Origin: Harriotta raleighana
Lineage: Eukaryota
DNA: 64,000 nt
Assembly (NCBI GenBank): GCA_050575255.1
Contig: JBNZDD010013714.1
Span: 5,275,254-5,339,253 of the forward strand
Reading direction: 5' to 3'
In this document: one piece after another, positions 50,251-63,085 of the stretch
Position numbering within the stretch: the stretch's first letter is position 1
How the letters are laid out: each line of letters begins with the position of its first letter
Position numbers and translations under genes: made by a program
Notes under the pieces: generated by a model
Told to the model about the DNA's origin: nothing
What the model saw: only the letters and a program-made list of their open reading frames with translations
The model's database searches: none

Positions 50251-53200
50251 TAGGTTTTTAATGCATCTTCAATAAGATGCTGATGGCAACCAATTTGTGA
50301 TATTTGCAAAATACATTATTTGTTATCAATCAACAGCACCTTACACAGCTGCAATTCCTTTGGCATATTTGCAATATGTGGAGGGAGATGACATTCAACC
50401 CATCGTGTCAATGTGACTTGGGACTCCAAAGTTAAAAGGAAGTATGTTACTAAAATGGCTCTTGTCTGTTCTGACACTATTTACGATGGATCTACATACA
50501 AACAGCAAGTGGAATTCCTGCTCTGCCAGGATCAAGTGCAGAGGGTTGCCCTCAGATTTTCATTCTGTTCCAGACATGAGCCTAAAGGGAAAGAAATGAT
50601 GCTATATTTCTTGACTGTTAACTTAACTAGCTACTTTATCATGACTTTTCCCCAAAAAGTGTAGGCTGACTGTATGATATACGCCTTTTTTCTGTTATCG
50701 CTATAATTAATCAAAGTAGAGGTGTGCTTGTGGGCTGAACAGTTCAATCTTGCTGGCTATCCCTGACAATTTCTTTGCCAGAGTGCCTGCTATCAATGTA
50801 CGCATAATGAAGAATAACTACAGGAGCCTATAATATCTCACTTGCTGCTGGAAATCTGCACACACATCACACAGTGAAATCAAGTCCATCATTGACAAAG
50901 AAATGTCTACAACAGTCAGTGTAGAATTGAAACTCTGGCATAAAACAATTCATTCACTGCTAAAGCAAAATGATTCTATGTTTAAAATAATTTTACTTGC
51001 AAGACAGAAGAGATGCCAAGGACTATGGCACTCAAAAAATAAAAATGGATAGCTGGATTTGGATAACCTATCTAGTGGAAAAAATGTTTGATGATTCACA
51101 TGGATAGACAAACATTGGCACATACGTTGAGGAGGTGTCAAGTGTTTTGCAGGTGTGTTTAGGAACAACCACTTTAAGTTTAATGGGAAACATTCTCATT
51201 CTGCTGTAAGCATTGCCTTTAGCAGGATCTGGCCTACAGGGTGTGAAGGGAATCATGTTGGCAGATGTTGTAGATTAGCAAAAATTCCACCATTTGAATC
51301 TGATAAATCACTGCTCACAGTTTACAATTAATCTTTTGTATTTTCATACAAATCAAGCTGCACTACAATAGTTATGTGGAATGCAGAAGTCAGGATGGAA
51401 TATGGGTTAGAAACCAACAAAGGCAATTTATGTTTTTAACAATGCTAAAAGCTGCACATTTTATTGCTAGCAGAAAGTGTCCACTTGTGACTGCAAGTGG
51501 TTGATGAAAGAAATGTGTTTTGACTAGGCTAAAGGCAACTTTCAAAATTCTTTCATCTTTTTCCGATTAAGAATAGAATATATTTGTAAAATATGTTTTG
51601 GGACTCAAAACACCCATTCAGTAGTCATTCTCAATTGGTATCCTCACATCCCTCAAATTGGAAACCCGAAAAATTGCACAACTCAAACCAAAATGTTTCT
51701 GGTGAATGAGGTTTTGATTAAACATAAGTCTTCCCCTCTGGTACATTAATAGCTATTATTTATGTGTATGCAATCAATGGTAGACATCATTCAAATATAA
51801 ATTCAATGCACCGTGAATTAGGCGGTATGCAGATGCGTGGAGTGATATGTCAAGCTTGAAGTGTTGGTCCGTATAATGGGGAAGAAGTGTCACATAAAAG
51901 CAATCTGTTTCCCCATTAAGAAGGAAACAAAATTATCAGATTGTTTTCCTAGTGGTACATCATAGGGCCTGGAAATGGGATGCCTTGTACACATTCTTGT
52001 TTAAAGAATCATGCTGGAGAATGTACGGTAAAACAACTAAAAAGAAATAACTTTTTTGTAAAAAGAAAACAAATTCATTCATTTTCATGGTTTGCAAGCA
52101 CGTTAATCTGATCAACTCGTTTAACGACAGCTTGCAAACTATTTTGCCATTGGTTCAGTTCACTGTGCAAATACTTTAAGTGGGAAAGTCACTGTAAAGT
52201 ACGGGTAAAAGCAGCAAAAGAAAACTCTTGCAAAACTAAATCACAGTATTCTTTTCTCTAGTGCTTTGATGTGTATAATTTAGCCAGTAGCTAGTGGTGT
52301 GAGTGTTTCCATAAAAAGGTCATGCCAAGGGTGAGCCTGCAATCGGCACTTGACTATCACTCTTGAAACCCTTTATCTCAGTTTCCTGCCGTTAAGGTCT
52401 AAATGTCAGTGTGTTGTCTAGGAAGAAGAAGTGCTTTTTCGAACATTTTGGATGGGACAAGATTATCATTCTTTAGCAAATTAAACTAAATTAAAACAGC
52501 CCTATTTAATATTTACTTCAGAGTACAGAATGCATTAAAGCCTTCACATGCCTTCCTATTATGTGTACATTTATGGCTTACGCCAAACAGGTCATGGAGC
52601 AGATACCCTGGAACCTTGTGACATCAGATCCCAGTCCACATATCCCTTGCAGACTGATATTTTATCAGTAATCATGAGAAGTCACTTTTTTTATATATAC
52701 ATAAAATCTCCCATGTATCTTCAATTGCACTTTGTTAAAAGGAAGAATTCTATCCACGTTGTCCCATTGCAAGCCAATTTTATGTTACCTTGTATGTTTG
52801 CAGGTAGGGTACACGTGCACACAGCAAACTGTCTCTCTTACGGCAGCTCAGCACTGCTCAATTCCATGGGCTCACATTTCCATTTCACTTATACTGGAAG
52901 GTACGTTTTGAAAATAATTCATTTTTTAGTCGTCAAGCTCATATTTAAAAAGAACAATCTCACACTTCATCCGCTATAGACTCAAATGCGGTAATAAAAA
53001 CACAAGCTGTCACACGTGCTTTTAATTTTGAACCTGAAAAGGTTGCAAGACCCCACAGCTACTTTGAAAAAAAGCAAGCTTTAGGATATGAAGGCAAGTC
53101 CACTGTACTTCAAAATGCAATAATCGTTTATAAACTGTAACATAAAACAGGTTTGGTTAGACTTTCATTTCAAACGGAAGAAAGATGAGAGCGTTGCAGA

Positions 53201-53288
53201 TATTATAAGCGCAACACTTCTGTTCCTTGACCTTGACGCCACAAAGCGTTTTATAAATGAGCAGGACATTAAGTAGGTAAAATATTAC

Positions 53289-53438
53289 CAAGCATAAAGT
53301 AGCAGTCGCCTGGATGCAGTGTCAATGCCAAGCCTGGTGTCTCAATGTCCCAGGCTATTTTCAGACCAATGTGCCATAATGCTGGGTCTCTGCCCTCCAT
53401 TGACTTTCCGTTACCTTCATCTGTGGTAGATCCTAAAT
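53289..53438 (-). CDS. FTO: FTO coding exon 4 (150 nt; in-frame alternative acceptors give starts at 53432 or 53420)
   Basis: ...[36 protein letters not shown] vs human [36 protein letters not shown]; donor G|gtaata; phase 1/1; exact acceptor uncertain. Confidence 0.95.
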
Positions 53439-54976
53439 CTGTTGAACAAAACAGTGGTGGTGGGTGGGTTCAATTAAAAATGATTTATGGGAATCATAAC
53501 AAGGTACATTATAATAAATCTGTCCCCCTTAGAGATATTCCCCCATATTCAAAAGGAGATTTATATATAGAAAACAAATGAATTCATCATACAGTCAATT
53601 CCTAAGCAATAAAGGATTTCATGTGTTGCAGAAACTCCTCATCAGAATGTCTGACAGTCTGATGCACGTGCACAGTAATCTGTCAAGTGATTTCAGTTGT
53701 ACTCAAAATGTAAAAAAAAGAAACATAATGAAAAGCCCCAATTGTTTTTCAGCCTGTCACTGTTGTGGTTACTCCGCTCCAGGCTCTTTTATCATAGACT
53801 GCACAAATGAGAAAGCAAAGATCTACCGAACACCCATCGAATAATCAATACTAAAGTCTTTTGGGGGATTTTGTTTTGTTTAAAAGAGCACTGCTCACAT
53901 AAATCGGATCTTAATTTCACAGCAGTACTTTAAGAAGCCTGCAAATTGCATTGCTTAGTTTCAAAGCAATTTGAACATAATGTAGCATAAAAATTAAAGA
54001 GAGAACCCTCTGCGGATTAACTGGACGCCTGTTTCACAGAATTTGCCGAAGTTTTGGCAGGCATTACCAAGTGCAACACAGTTCGCAATATGGCACCAAT
54101 AAAATGTAGGACTACAATCAGAAAGAGTAATTTCAATCAAAGTTTCCTAGGGTTTCCTAATAAATCCAGCACCTTTGGAATGTGCTCGTTAAAATGAGTT
54201 TCTTTTTGTGTTTTTAAAAATTTATTGCCAAAACACTCAGGCAGCATTCGCAGGTTAGTCATTCAAAAGCTTTGATAATTATCGGTAACAAATGAGCAGA
54301 ATAGCTACGACCAGTGAGTTGGGAGATTAAAACAAACAAAGGCCTTTACATTTGACGAATGTGTGAGAGCCAAGGCCCTCAGTCACAGGTTTGTTCTTAA
54401 AGCTTGATAAAGCTGGTTCTCAGGGAATTAAAGAAAGCATGTTGCAAAAAAGGGCAGCAGGTTTCGAACGAAATACTTCGGTTCAAAGCCAACCCAAAGT
54501 AGTATCTTGAAAGTAAAGAATAGTAATAAAATCAGCATGCTACAGCAGCCAGTTCATTTTTGACAAATCACTCCAATAGAAACGATGATGTCCAGGACAA
54601 TAAAAACATTTATACGAGTGGAAATGTACACCTGAGGGACTCGGTGGTGAATTTTTGTTGTTATTGCAGATTTAATATTTCTTGGCATCCAACCAGTTAC
54701 TTAATTACAATACACGCACTTGCTCGCGTCAATAAAGGCAACTCGTCTTAATGTAAACAAAATGGGTTCCAGAAAATACAGAAACTGGTAGGCCCACACG
54801 TGTTGATTTAACATTTCTATAGTGCTCTAAAACAATTAGCAAACAGTAAATCCAAATTGGTGTACAAGCTTGCAGGTGCGCAGCCTCTATGTAGAATGCG
54901 AAGAAAGCTTCAGGGGGTGGAAACATTAAACAGCAAGAGGTAATCTAGTAATTCTCTATTCATTCCCTATACATAC

Positions 54977-55613
54977 CATCATAGCTGTAGCTATACACAG
55001 CAACTGTTGACTTTGCCATCAAATTCTCATCATGATGCCAACTCACAGCCATCTTCCCCATTCCGAAGTAAGGCTCTTCTTTTAGATATATCATGTTTGA
55101 AGGATTCATGTAGTTTAACAAGACCACGTTAAAAGATGTCCTGTCTTGCAATGTGGTACCTTGATTGTTGTCATGAGTTTCACCTGTCATGCTTGCAGAG
55201 AAATCCTCTGGTTTACTTGGTGTGTCCTTCTCCACAGATCCTAGCTCTTTAACCCGAGTTGAACAGCAATCCAACAAAAGCTTCATCGATTCCCCATGCA
55301 AATATTCATTCAGATCTTTAACAGCTTGGCAAGCTTTACCGATTTCATCACGACTGTACTTGACCTCAACTCCATCTGATGACCAAGGGACTGCAAACAA
55401 TCTCGTGTCCAGGTAGCGATATGTACAACCTGGGTCTCCTATCAGTATTCTGGACACAGGAGTAAGTACATCTTTGCCCTTTATTTGAACAAGATCTTGT
55501 GCAAAGCATCTACAGTCTCGCAGAGTTATCAATCCCTGTTGGACTTTTTGATGAACTTCCTGAGGTACACAATTGGCTGGTTTTAGCTTTAACTTGGAAT
55601 ATTTGGCCTTTGA
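54977..55613 (-). CDS. FTO: FTO coding exon 3 (637 nt), catalytic AlkB-like domain incl. HxD motif
   Basis: SKAKYSKLKL...DLVQIKGKDVLTPVSRILIGDPGCTYRYLDTRLFAVPW...YLKEEPYFGMGKMAVSWHHDENL...AVYSYSYD; acceptor ttctcttcag|, donor G|gtatgt; extends upstream of the ORF-track start at 55532. Confidence 0.98.
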
Positions 55614-56964
55614 CTGAAGAGAACAAAAAGTAGTTATAATTCAACACTGGATATTTATCCATATATATAGAAAGAGAGAAATATATATGTATACACAATA
55701 GAACAGTTGCTCAGTTTTTTCTTACAAAATTGATAAAACTGAAAGTGAAGGTTTAATATTTTACACAAACTGACAAAAATCCAAGCAATGACAATGAGGA
55801 GCAGTGAATAACCATTTATGCCACCGGGAGCCGAGATGACAGAACAACACACAAATGACTGAATACTCATTTGTAAAAGGCAGATTTTCATAGCACTTAC
55901 TATTCTAATGTTATTACACAAATGTGTGCTTAAATTGTCACTTTCAAATAATCTTCTGCATAGTATTTGAGTGCCTGTGTCACCCCAAGACATTATCCTA
56001 CATAAAAGTGCAAGTTGTTGTTCCATACTTAGCTACCTCATGGTAGTGGCTGTTATTCATGTACGGGCCTCAATAGTAGTACTGTAATTGGCAGGCTATT
56101 GGGTCATAATGCAAGGAAGTACTGTAATAGTGTTCAATGGTGGGCACCAAAAGGAATCTTCCCCAAACCTGGAACCATGAGGACAACAACAACATGCATT
56201 TATAAAGCGCTCTTTGCATGAGGCAGCTTCCTGGAGCACTTTAATGAGAACAATGGCAACATCCCAAACAACATATAGCAGACCAGTCATTTCTATTCTG
56301 TGTGTTTCAGCGACTCACTGGATAAACTACCTGAATGATTGGAAGAGCCCTAAATACAAGCTTTAATATTACCACTCACGTGTGGTAAATGCTGTCCAAA
56401 TACAGTCCAGTTTTCTTTGTAGGCCCTCGAGACATGGTATCATGCAGGTCTTAGTGTCACTTTCATTACACAAGTCCATGCTACAGTGATTTGCTATAGT
56501 TTCAAAAAACCACAGAGCTTCATGGAAAGCAAGTGAAAGGCATGGGCTGGCAGGTGCCTTGAAAAGCACAGCTGGCTGCATTTTGATGAGCATATTACAA
56601 ATAAGCCTCGACTCAGGTAACCTACTTTTATCTAAATGAAATTGACGTAATATGCTGAAATGATAAATCTGCATAAAACAATATGTGCAACATAAAATTT
56701 TACAAGGCACCACAAATCACATGTGAAGAAAACAATTAAACGCAATATGTATATTCTATGTATTTCCCCATCTTTCCTTCCCCATCATAGGTTAATTATT
56801 TACTCTGAACATTATGCAATATTTTCTGGTTGGCAAGGAGAGCAGACAACTGACTTTTAGGCCAGTTCATTAGAAGTTGCTCAATTTCAAACATAACAGT
56901 CAATGCTTGACTTTCAATGTTCTTTCCTTCCCTATGAGGCAGCTCCTCATTGTCTTCTTCTGAC

Positions 56965-57265
56965 AGTAACAATAATCATCCATGCATTTAATATAGCATC
57001 TTTCACGTCAAGTGGAGATCTCAAAGCACTTCACAAGATTTACAGCAAAGTTTAATGACTTAGTGTTTTGTAAACAAACGCAGTGGCCAATTTGCATACA
57101 GCAATGTCCACAAATAGCCATGGATTGAATGAGAAATACTATCCGGGGTAATATTGGTTAGACCACCAGGAGAAACTCCCTTCTCTTTTCAAATAGTGTC
57201 AGACAACATCCATTTACATTGCGAATTTCACGTCGGGAGGACGTCTCAAAGCACTTCACACAACT
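56965..57265 (-). mobile_element. DeuSINE 3' portion plus second tail
   Basis: catgcatttaatatagcatctttcacg...ggccaatttgcatacagcaatgtccaca...caccaggagaaactccc..caaatagtg. Confidence 0.82.
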
Positions 57266-57587
57266 GACTTGTAATCTGGATGCTGAACACACAGCAAGTG
57301 GTTCTGAGGCAGGCGATTTACCACCTGTGATATAAGGCTATAACCTTGTCATATTGATTGATGTGTTGTAAAAACTCTACCGGAACCCACAAATTCTATA
57401 TTGATGCATTACATATTCCCATTCACAGCCATATTAAATGTGCTTTAATTAAAAAAAAGAAATGGTTTTTGATGCAGACTTGTCTCCTGCCTAAATCCCG
57501 CTGCTCAATATAGCTGAAATTATTCGCAATAATTAAATGTCCTTTATGGTTTTCAGAACCCATTAGTATGTAAAACAAAATGTATAC

Positions 57588-57665
57588 CAGCTCTTCAAAC
57601 TGCACATCTTTGGGTGTTAGATACGGAAGCTTTCGGTCCTGAATTTCTTTCAGCAGCTTCTGCTT
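57588..57665 (-). CDS. FTO: FTO coding exon 2 (78 nt)
   Basis: Translates [26 protein letters not shown] vs human [26 protein letters not shown]; tttaacag|...|gtatac; phase 0/0; same length as human exon 2. Confidence 0.95.
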
Positions 57666-58799
57666 CTGTTAAATAAAGAACAAAGCAGGTTTTTTTAAAA
57701 AACTTAAAAACAGTGCACAAAGTCAGAACATATTTGACAGCTCACAACTTTTTCTGGTCGATAGTGAAGCCACATTTCCCCAGATAATCTTCAGTGAAGT
57801 TGTTCCTACATTATGATAAAACAGCAGAACCCCTGTTATAATGGGCTTTCTGTTGTCACTATTTGGCAGATAGCATAATTGGTGAACCAGACATTTATTG
57901 TCTGGTCAAAAAAATCTAAATTTTGTGCAGAAACTATCCGGGTCACTTCAAAAATGCTGGGTGGCTTCCCTAACACTAAAACACGATCAATATCCAGCCT
58001 ATCGGGCCGGTGTTGACATCACTTCACTGCACCTGCACAGCCAAAACCTATGATACAACTACCCCATTGGGGTGCAATTTGCACTGTACCTTTTTAAAAA
58101 TTTCTGATGCACAAATGTCTGGTTATCGAACTGCCGTTATATACAATATTTTTCTAAGGAGCAGTGATGGTGCAGATTACCATCAAAAGCAGCTCAATCA
58201 AAGATTACAAATCAGTGTTTTGCTCTTCTAGATCTTATCCCTGCATTTTTGTACAAAAGCAATATTGGATAATGAAAACATCATATTCTTTACTGACTCC
58301 TCTTTTACTGACATTTTAACTCTTCATCAAATTGCTTCTTCACTAAAATGACAACATATGAGAACGTTTTATGTCAAGGACAATGTGACAAAGATGTTGT
58401 CAATCTTGGGCTCACATAATTGAAATACAAACTTTAAGTACAGTAGTCAAGTATGCAAGTTAAAATATATGCTGCTTTCACTATTTTCCAATGACTGACA
58501 AAATCCAACTATGTTACATTCCATTAGTACTTTAAAGTAAGGCCATATAAATACAGTATATGGCACTTTATTATCCTTATAAAACTCAGCTTGGCTGTCA
58601 TTTCAAAGAACATTTTTGTTATAGTACATTCCAAACAATTCGCATATGCAGGTTTTGCAAAAGTGGGCCACTGCTCTCATATCTGCTACACTTGCTGAGG
58701 ATTAGCTATCTCAAAACAAGTACCTTCCTGATCTCAGTGTGACAATTGGTACATTTTGATTCACGCCCAAAAGCTAAGCCACTCACGCTGTCTTTACAA

Positions 58800-58925
58800 A
58801 ATGTGCAGAGATCAGTCATGAGGCTACGCTTGGAACATTTGGAGCAATTTTGAGAACTTTGACTTCAGAAAGGACATTAGTGCATCAGACAGTCCAGAGA
58901 AAAGCAATTAGGATTATGCAGAACT
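58800..58925 (+). mobile_element. CR1 RT C-terminal fossil
   Basis: RSVMRLRLEHLEQF...(frameshift)KDISASD..QRKAIRIM resembles LY.SLVRPHLEY.VQFW.P...KDI..LE.VQRRATR. Confidence 0.6.
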
Positions 58926-59399
58926 TTCCTCAGGCCCATCCAATGCGTTTCTAAAAAGACTGACACGAATAAGTGATCAGCAAAACAGTGGCATTTACAT
59001 GATCTTATTTATTGTATTCATTTATCAAGTGGAAACCTTTATTTCTTATGTGCTTAAAACTAAACACAGCCAATCAGGTTCATATTAGCCATCACGGTAT
59101 CTGTACTTGCTGACTAGCAGTGTTGCCATTGAAAACGGCAATTTTACCTCCCAGGAGTCTAATTATGTGCATCTTATTATCCATTAATAAAAAGTTACTG
59201 GTACAGAATAAATACTGTATGTAGGTTAACAAGTTCTACACTGATACAAGTATCTGACTTGTCACCTTCAGTCTTTGAAACCGAGATTAAACATATAATT
59301 TACGTTCCAATTAACTCACAAATTTGACACAAATTACAAGATGCTGTATAAAACTTCTGCTGTGACAAAGACTTTTTCCATCCCTCATTCATTCTGATT

Positions 59400-59517
59400 T
59401 GTTCGCCTATAAAATACACAGTCACTTCAGTTTATATTAAAATCTGCGAAGGGCTTTTGAGACATCCTACTAATGTGAATGGCGATGTATCAAATACTGC
59501 ATAATGATTATAATTAT
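59400..59517 (+). mobile_element. SINE tail
   Basis: ttcgcctataaaatacacagtcact...ttttgagacatcctactaatgtgaatggcgatgtatcaaat. Confidence 0.72.
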
Positions 59518-60887
59518 TCATTCCTGTTGATGGATTCCAAACTTCAAAGATCAAAGTATCACAACAACTGCTGTATGCGAAGCTTAACATCTCACAAATG
59601 TGTAGTACTGTACAATGTTGTTTGAAGCACAGACTCAAGGGAATTGTTCTCTTCTCATTCAGAATCAATGGAAGAAAAGATAGCCACCTGTAACAGGTTA
59701 CCAATTACACTAAATTTTTAAGGATCAACAGTACTCAGTTACTGCTTATCACAAACATCATCACCTCTCAACAAAAAAAGCATAGACTTGCCTGCCTCAC
59801 CCAACCCAGGCAATCCTATGAAATCTCTTCCAAGAGGATGTAACCAAAACCCATTTCTAAAAGGCTGATAAATTTTCAGTGATAATTTTTCGAAACCCCT
59901 TCTCCAGTTAGGTCTTCGTGTACCTTGCCTGATTGAACTTTTCCCCACGTTTCTGCTCTTGTCTCTTGAGCCGATTGCTTGAAATGTCTTTGTTTATTCC
60001 TTCCCTATTTCAGAGGTGAAGTGCATGTTCTCTGCTCAACATCTTGTCCCATTGAGGCCACTGCTACTAGCTCAGTAAATTAGTATTCGTGGAAACTGAA
60101 ACCACAAAATACATCATATTGTTCTAGTGCACGGTGTGCCATAGAGTACAGATGAATCGCCTCTTCACACAGTTGAATACCAACTTTGGGCTCCTTCTTT
60201 CTATATTATTCAATCCAACCCCTAATAATGAAGGATTCATTGGAAATGGACAACACTGCAGTACATGTCATATCTACTTCAAAGATTTAAAAAGATAGAT
60301 ATTGCATGGTCCACTTTTTTAATATATTGTTTAATCAATGTGCATGAAAATAGTGCAGATGCTCTAAAGGCTAGAAAATATGACACACATCCCTGCCTAT
60401 GTCAAACACTGAACGCACACCAAAGCACACAACATAAAAATGCACTCTCAACTGAGTCCTTGTTCATATTTGATTGTCAGTTATAGCTAAGTGCTGCTCC
60501 TCATCTTGATGCAGACACAAATACACACAGCTGGACTACTCCAGCACACTGCACCTCTCACATCCAAGGAAGCTGTCATGCAGATGTCAAATACATCAAG
60601 CTACTCGCAAATTCCACAAAAAAAAACGCAAAGCCAAGCTACACCAGATGGGCAACAGAGTAAATGAGTAACAGTTCACAGCATTAGAGACCAATATATA
60701 TTAGGTTTTCATGCAAACGAAATACAGCCCAAAGAAGACTGAATATAACAGCATAGTTCGGAAATACAATAAAATACCAGCCACAGCCTGTAATGGGATT
60801 AAGAAACAACACCCGGGTGCTATTAATTTCTATTTTAATTACATAAATTCTGATATAAATTATTAGAATAATTTAACAATTCATAAC

Positions 60888-61105
60888 AAATAATAACCCC
60901 CTACATTTGACACAGCGCATTTCATGTCAAGAGGATGTGCCAAAGCACTTCACTTCATAGGACTTTGTGTAGAGTGTAATGACTGTAATTTGCAGGTAAA
61001 TGTGGCAGCCAATTTAATAATCATTGCATTTGACATAGCATATTTCATGTCGTTCAGATGTCGCAAAGCGCTCCACAGGATTTTATTGTAAAGTGTAGTC
61101 ACTGC
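60888..61105 (-). mobile_element. Two tandem SINE tails
   Basis: catttgacacagcgcatttcatgtc...caaagcactt and cattgcatttgacatagc...caaagcgctccacagg. Confidence 0.78.
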
Positions 61106-61106
61106 A

Positions 61107-61391
61107 GAGTCCTGTAGCTCAGTGGTTAGAGCTCTCACAAGCAAGAGACCTGGGCTTGATTCCCAGCAGGGCAAAGCCTTAGCCAAGTTTCCTTACTCCA
61201 CAAGCCTGATAATAATCCCTTGAAAAAAAACAATAACAAATTGGTCACTTCAATCCACCACTGTTTGTGGGACACTGCCTTGTGCAATTGGCTGCAGTGT
61301 TTCGCCCACAAATTTACAGTAAATTCACTTTACAGTATATTCTATGAAGTGATACAGCACTTTGCTATATCAAATGCAGGTATTATTATTA
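61107..61391 (+). mobile_element. Full-length tRNA-derived SINE
   Basis: gagtcctgTAGCTCAGTGGttagagc head, same architecture as 23953-24233, (att)n tail. Confidence 0.9.
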
Positions 61392-61722
61392 GTTTATCAA
61401 TTTGAAGGTCTTGAATGTTCTTCAGATTGCAAATGTGCTCCACCCTGTCTCATTGTACTGCCCCCAATCAGGCCCCCTACACAACTTTTGATTTCCACTG
61501 ATATCTACACCATCTGAAGATGATATCTAAAGACAAGCGGCTTGCAGCTAAGGATGGTGACAATTTGTTATCTGGTATCCATTACACGCAGTAGGAAGAC
61601 CATCATGTTCGCGAGAATTATATCACAAAATCTCACCTCAAGTTCCTCACCCTCAACTTCATCATATTGATGCATAATTCTAACAATTGAATACTTTTCG
61701 AAAAACCATATCTCCAATATGT

Positions 61723-61842
61723 GAGTCCTGTAGCTCAGTGATTAGAGCATATGCCTCACAAGTTGGAGAACCTTGATTCAGGGTGAAACTTTAGGCAAGA
61801 TTCCTGACTCCACATGTCTCTGTTTACCTCACAGTAAATAGG
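61723..61842 (+). mobile_element. tRNA-SINE head with a different downstream domain
   Basis: gagtcctgtagctcagtgattagagc...ctccacatgtctctgtttacctcacagtaaatagg. Confidence 0.82.
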
Positions 61843-62379
61843 AAAAACGTCTTACAATATCATGACAATACACCCATCTACAATTCCTCCCACCACAGTT
61901 GGATTAACATTGGTAGATGGAATTCTATGTGGATCTCGATTTGCTAAAGTGCAATTATTCAACTCACTTTTGGATTGCACCAAAACAATTGTAAATGTTG
62001 AAAGCAAGAGGTAGTTCTTTGTATGATCTGAACAATCTATCTCTGGCATTTTCATGTACAAATGGGATGCATGGAATTCTTGGTTTTGTTTTGTTTGATA
62101 TGCTTTCTTAAGCATGTACCAGACACCCAGCTGACGCCCCCAAAAGTATGAGCTGACCTTGCTGACACCAACAAGAAACAGACTTTTTTTGGTAAGAATT
62201 CTTGTATCCTCGTTTCATTATGCATGGGCAGCCAACAACAACTTGCCACAACTAGGACAAGAGGGTGACATCCTTTCTTCTGATTCTCTCTTCCCTGAAT
62301 GGAAGAATCTGACGTTCATTAGCTGCCACTTTCTGATATCCCCAGTCACCTCTGAAATGCACATGTTGCCACTACAGTA

Positions 62380-62528
62380 TAGCAGGTGTGGCAACTTGCC
62401 TTTAGAAACATAGAAGCAGTCAGAAACGCCCACAAAATACACAGTCCATTCTCTCAATGTGTATTCTTTGAGATGCCACAAAGACGTAGCAAGGCGTTAT
62501 ATCAAATGCATGGATTATTATTATTATA
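62380..62528 (+). mobile_element. SINE tail
   Basis: cgcccacaaaatacacagtc...ctttgagatgcc..aaggcgttatatcaaatgcatggattattattatt. Confidence 0.8.
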
Positions 62529-62950
62529 TTTGAACTTCAACACAAAACTAATATATAATATATTATACAATACTGCATCACAAAACAATCCTGCATGCTG
62601 CAATAAATGGCAGCAGCTGGAATAAGAAGTTTCCCCCAGAGGCTCACAACACAGAGATTTCATCACAAAACTTTGGGAATGAACAATTCCAGGAACTATG
62701 CTCCCCCAAAAAATCTTAATCGCATCCCGTAAAATCAATGCACATTTTAAATAAATCTGGTATTGAGTATATGTTATGAGAATCAAAGCAAATCTCTGAA
62801 ATGCTTTTAACGGACCTTAAACTGAACAAATCTGTCCATATTGCCTCAGCCAGCGCACATTTTTAAAGCCTCAACATTTAGGATTACAAGCTACAGAGAT
62901 ATCCTGGCTCAGACATTCTGGTGGGTCATAGTGGTTGTGCCTCTAGCTCT

Positions 62951-63085
62951 CAATAATAATGATAATAATCCTTGCATTTGATATAGCGCTTTTCACGTCT
63001 TCTAGATGTCTCAAAGCGTTTCACAAAACACACTGTAAAGTGAATTAACTATATTTGTGGGCGAAGCGCAGCAACCAATTGCAGT
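62951..63085 (-). mobile_element. SINE 3' half
   Basis: aataatccttgcatttgatatagcgcttttcacgtcttctagatgtctcaaagcgtttcac...gggcgaagcgcagcaaccaatt. Confidence 0.87.

Noticed and set aside
14540-52979. Longer ORF-track entries (14540-14929, 18818-19192, 41987-42376, 42738-43118, 44368-44817, 52548-52979)
   Set aside because: No recognisable domains, several overlap SINEs or simple repeats, and the lengths are compatible with chance
54960-55532. 190-aa ORF as a stand-alone gene or processed pseudogene
   Set aside because: It is part of FTO exon 3, with splice sites and neighbouring exons in phase
57822-58150. Second Tigger-like element (cagcagaacccctgttataa...ccgttata)
   Set aside because: No matching right TIR or TA duplication could be established
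3811-63085. Recurring ~40-bp motif tctcaaagcgcttcacagaatatactgtaaagtg as a CRISPR-like or regular array
   Set aside because: Irregular spacing, both orientations and (att)n tails show these are dispersed SINE 3' ends in a eukaryote
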